Below, piece after piece: positions 12,266 through 12,434 of a stretch of 12,434 nt of DNA (position 1 is the stretch's first letter; each line of letters starts with the position of its first letter). The DNA is taken from the IMG/VR virus record IMGVR_UViG_3300023203_000736; one strand, written 5' to 3'. Made by a program: the position numbers and the translations under genes. This DNA comes from a virus (lineage: Duplodnaviria > Heunggongvirae > Uroviricota > Caudoviricetes). The notes beneath the pieces were generated by a model, which saw only the letters and a list, made by a program, of their open reading frames with translations, ran no database searches and had not been told where the DNA came from.

Positions 12266-12434
12266 ACTCCACACACTCCCCCATGATTGGTCAGGGAGCA
12301 CACGTCATGCGTCTCAATGGCCTCCTCGAACTCCTTGCCAAGATTCTCCACGGCCTCTTGATAGCTCACCGTCGTGAGCGGCTGGCCGCCGCGCGCCCCA
12401 TCGGGGTAGCAGGTGAAGCCGCGAAGACGCGGGG
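12262..12434 (-). CDS. Ribonucleotide reductase C-terminus (phage-type, probably class II), truncated by the window edge
   Basis: Not in the ORF track. Translation PRLRGFTCYPDGARGGQPLTTVSYQEAVENLGKEFEEAIETHDVCSLTNHGGVCGV: RNR-type LRGFTCYPDG.RGGQP plus a terminal Cys pair. Its TGA overlaps the dCMP deaminase ATG. Confidence 0.8.
   Translation of the reverse strand, partial: PRLRGFTCYPDGARGGQPLTTVSYQEAVENLGKEFEEAIETHDVCSLTNHGGVCGV

Larger units (their letters stand above)
1..12434. mobile_element. Part of a temperate phage/prophage: integration module plus an early/nucleotide-metabolism gene run
   Basis: Integrase plus xis-like gene, dense small hypothetical genes on one strand with coupled start/stop overlaps, RNR/dCMP deaminase/dUTPase/NDK, orphan MTases and a tRNA. 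No structural genes or att sites are visible, so a phage-like ICE or plasmid cannot be excluded. Confidence 0.8.

Noticed and set aside
1809-12301. Longer starts given by the track (2444, 2954, 3300, 5985, 8039, 9910, 10643, 11822, 12301)
   Set aside because: They overlap upstream genes heavily. Shorter starts coincide with domain starts and have SD motifs and/or start-stop coupling.
1078-12434. Many plus-strand ORFs in the track (e.g. 9790..10455, 10570..11505, 7673..8377, 5444..5980)
   Set aside because: They lie antisense to well-supported minus-strand genes, show no family motifs, and are expected shadows in GC-rich DNA.
1-12434. CRISPR array, rRNA, IS element, intron/intein, DGR or genetic-code reassignment
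   Set aside because: I saw no regularly spaced repeats, transposase, RT or homing-nuclease motifs by eye. The recognisable enzymes are uninterrupted in code 11, and all three stop codons are used.

Overview
The window is one end of a GC-rich temperate phage or prophage. The host is probably a Planctomycete, inferred only from the style of the integrase. A tyrosine integrase (1..1077, +) meets an excisionase-like HTH gene head-on, with overlapping 3' ends. All other supported genes form one tightly coupled minus-strand run, with many ATGA/GTGA/TGATG start-stop overlaps. In transcription order it holds: a ribonucleotide reductase C-terminus, dCMP deaminase, dUTPase, two orphan amino-methyltransferases, a block of small hypothetical genes, an FmdB-type Zn ribbon, a HicA-like protein, a Zn-ribbon/DEDDh exonuclease, a nucleoside diphosphate kinase, an atypical tRNA-Glu, a wHTH fusion, a HEXXH protein, a secreted CAP protein and a Cys-His-Asp papain-fold-like protein. 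Several real genes are missing from the ORF track or over-extended in it. The most striking unexplained signal is a C-terminal motif, P-x5-Y-x3-H-P-R-[KR]-N-R-G-R-G. It ends two otherwise unrelated small proteins flanking a 314-aa protein with an acidic segment, and is conserved in protein but not in codons. Protein family calls come from motif recognition only; no searches were run.
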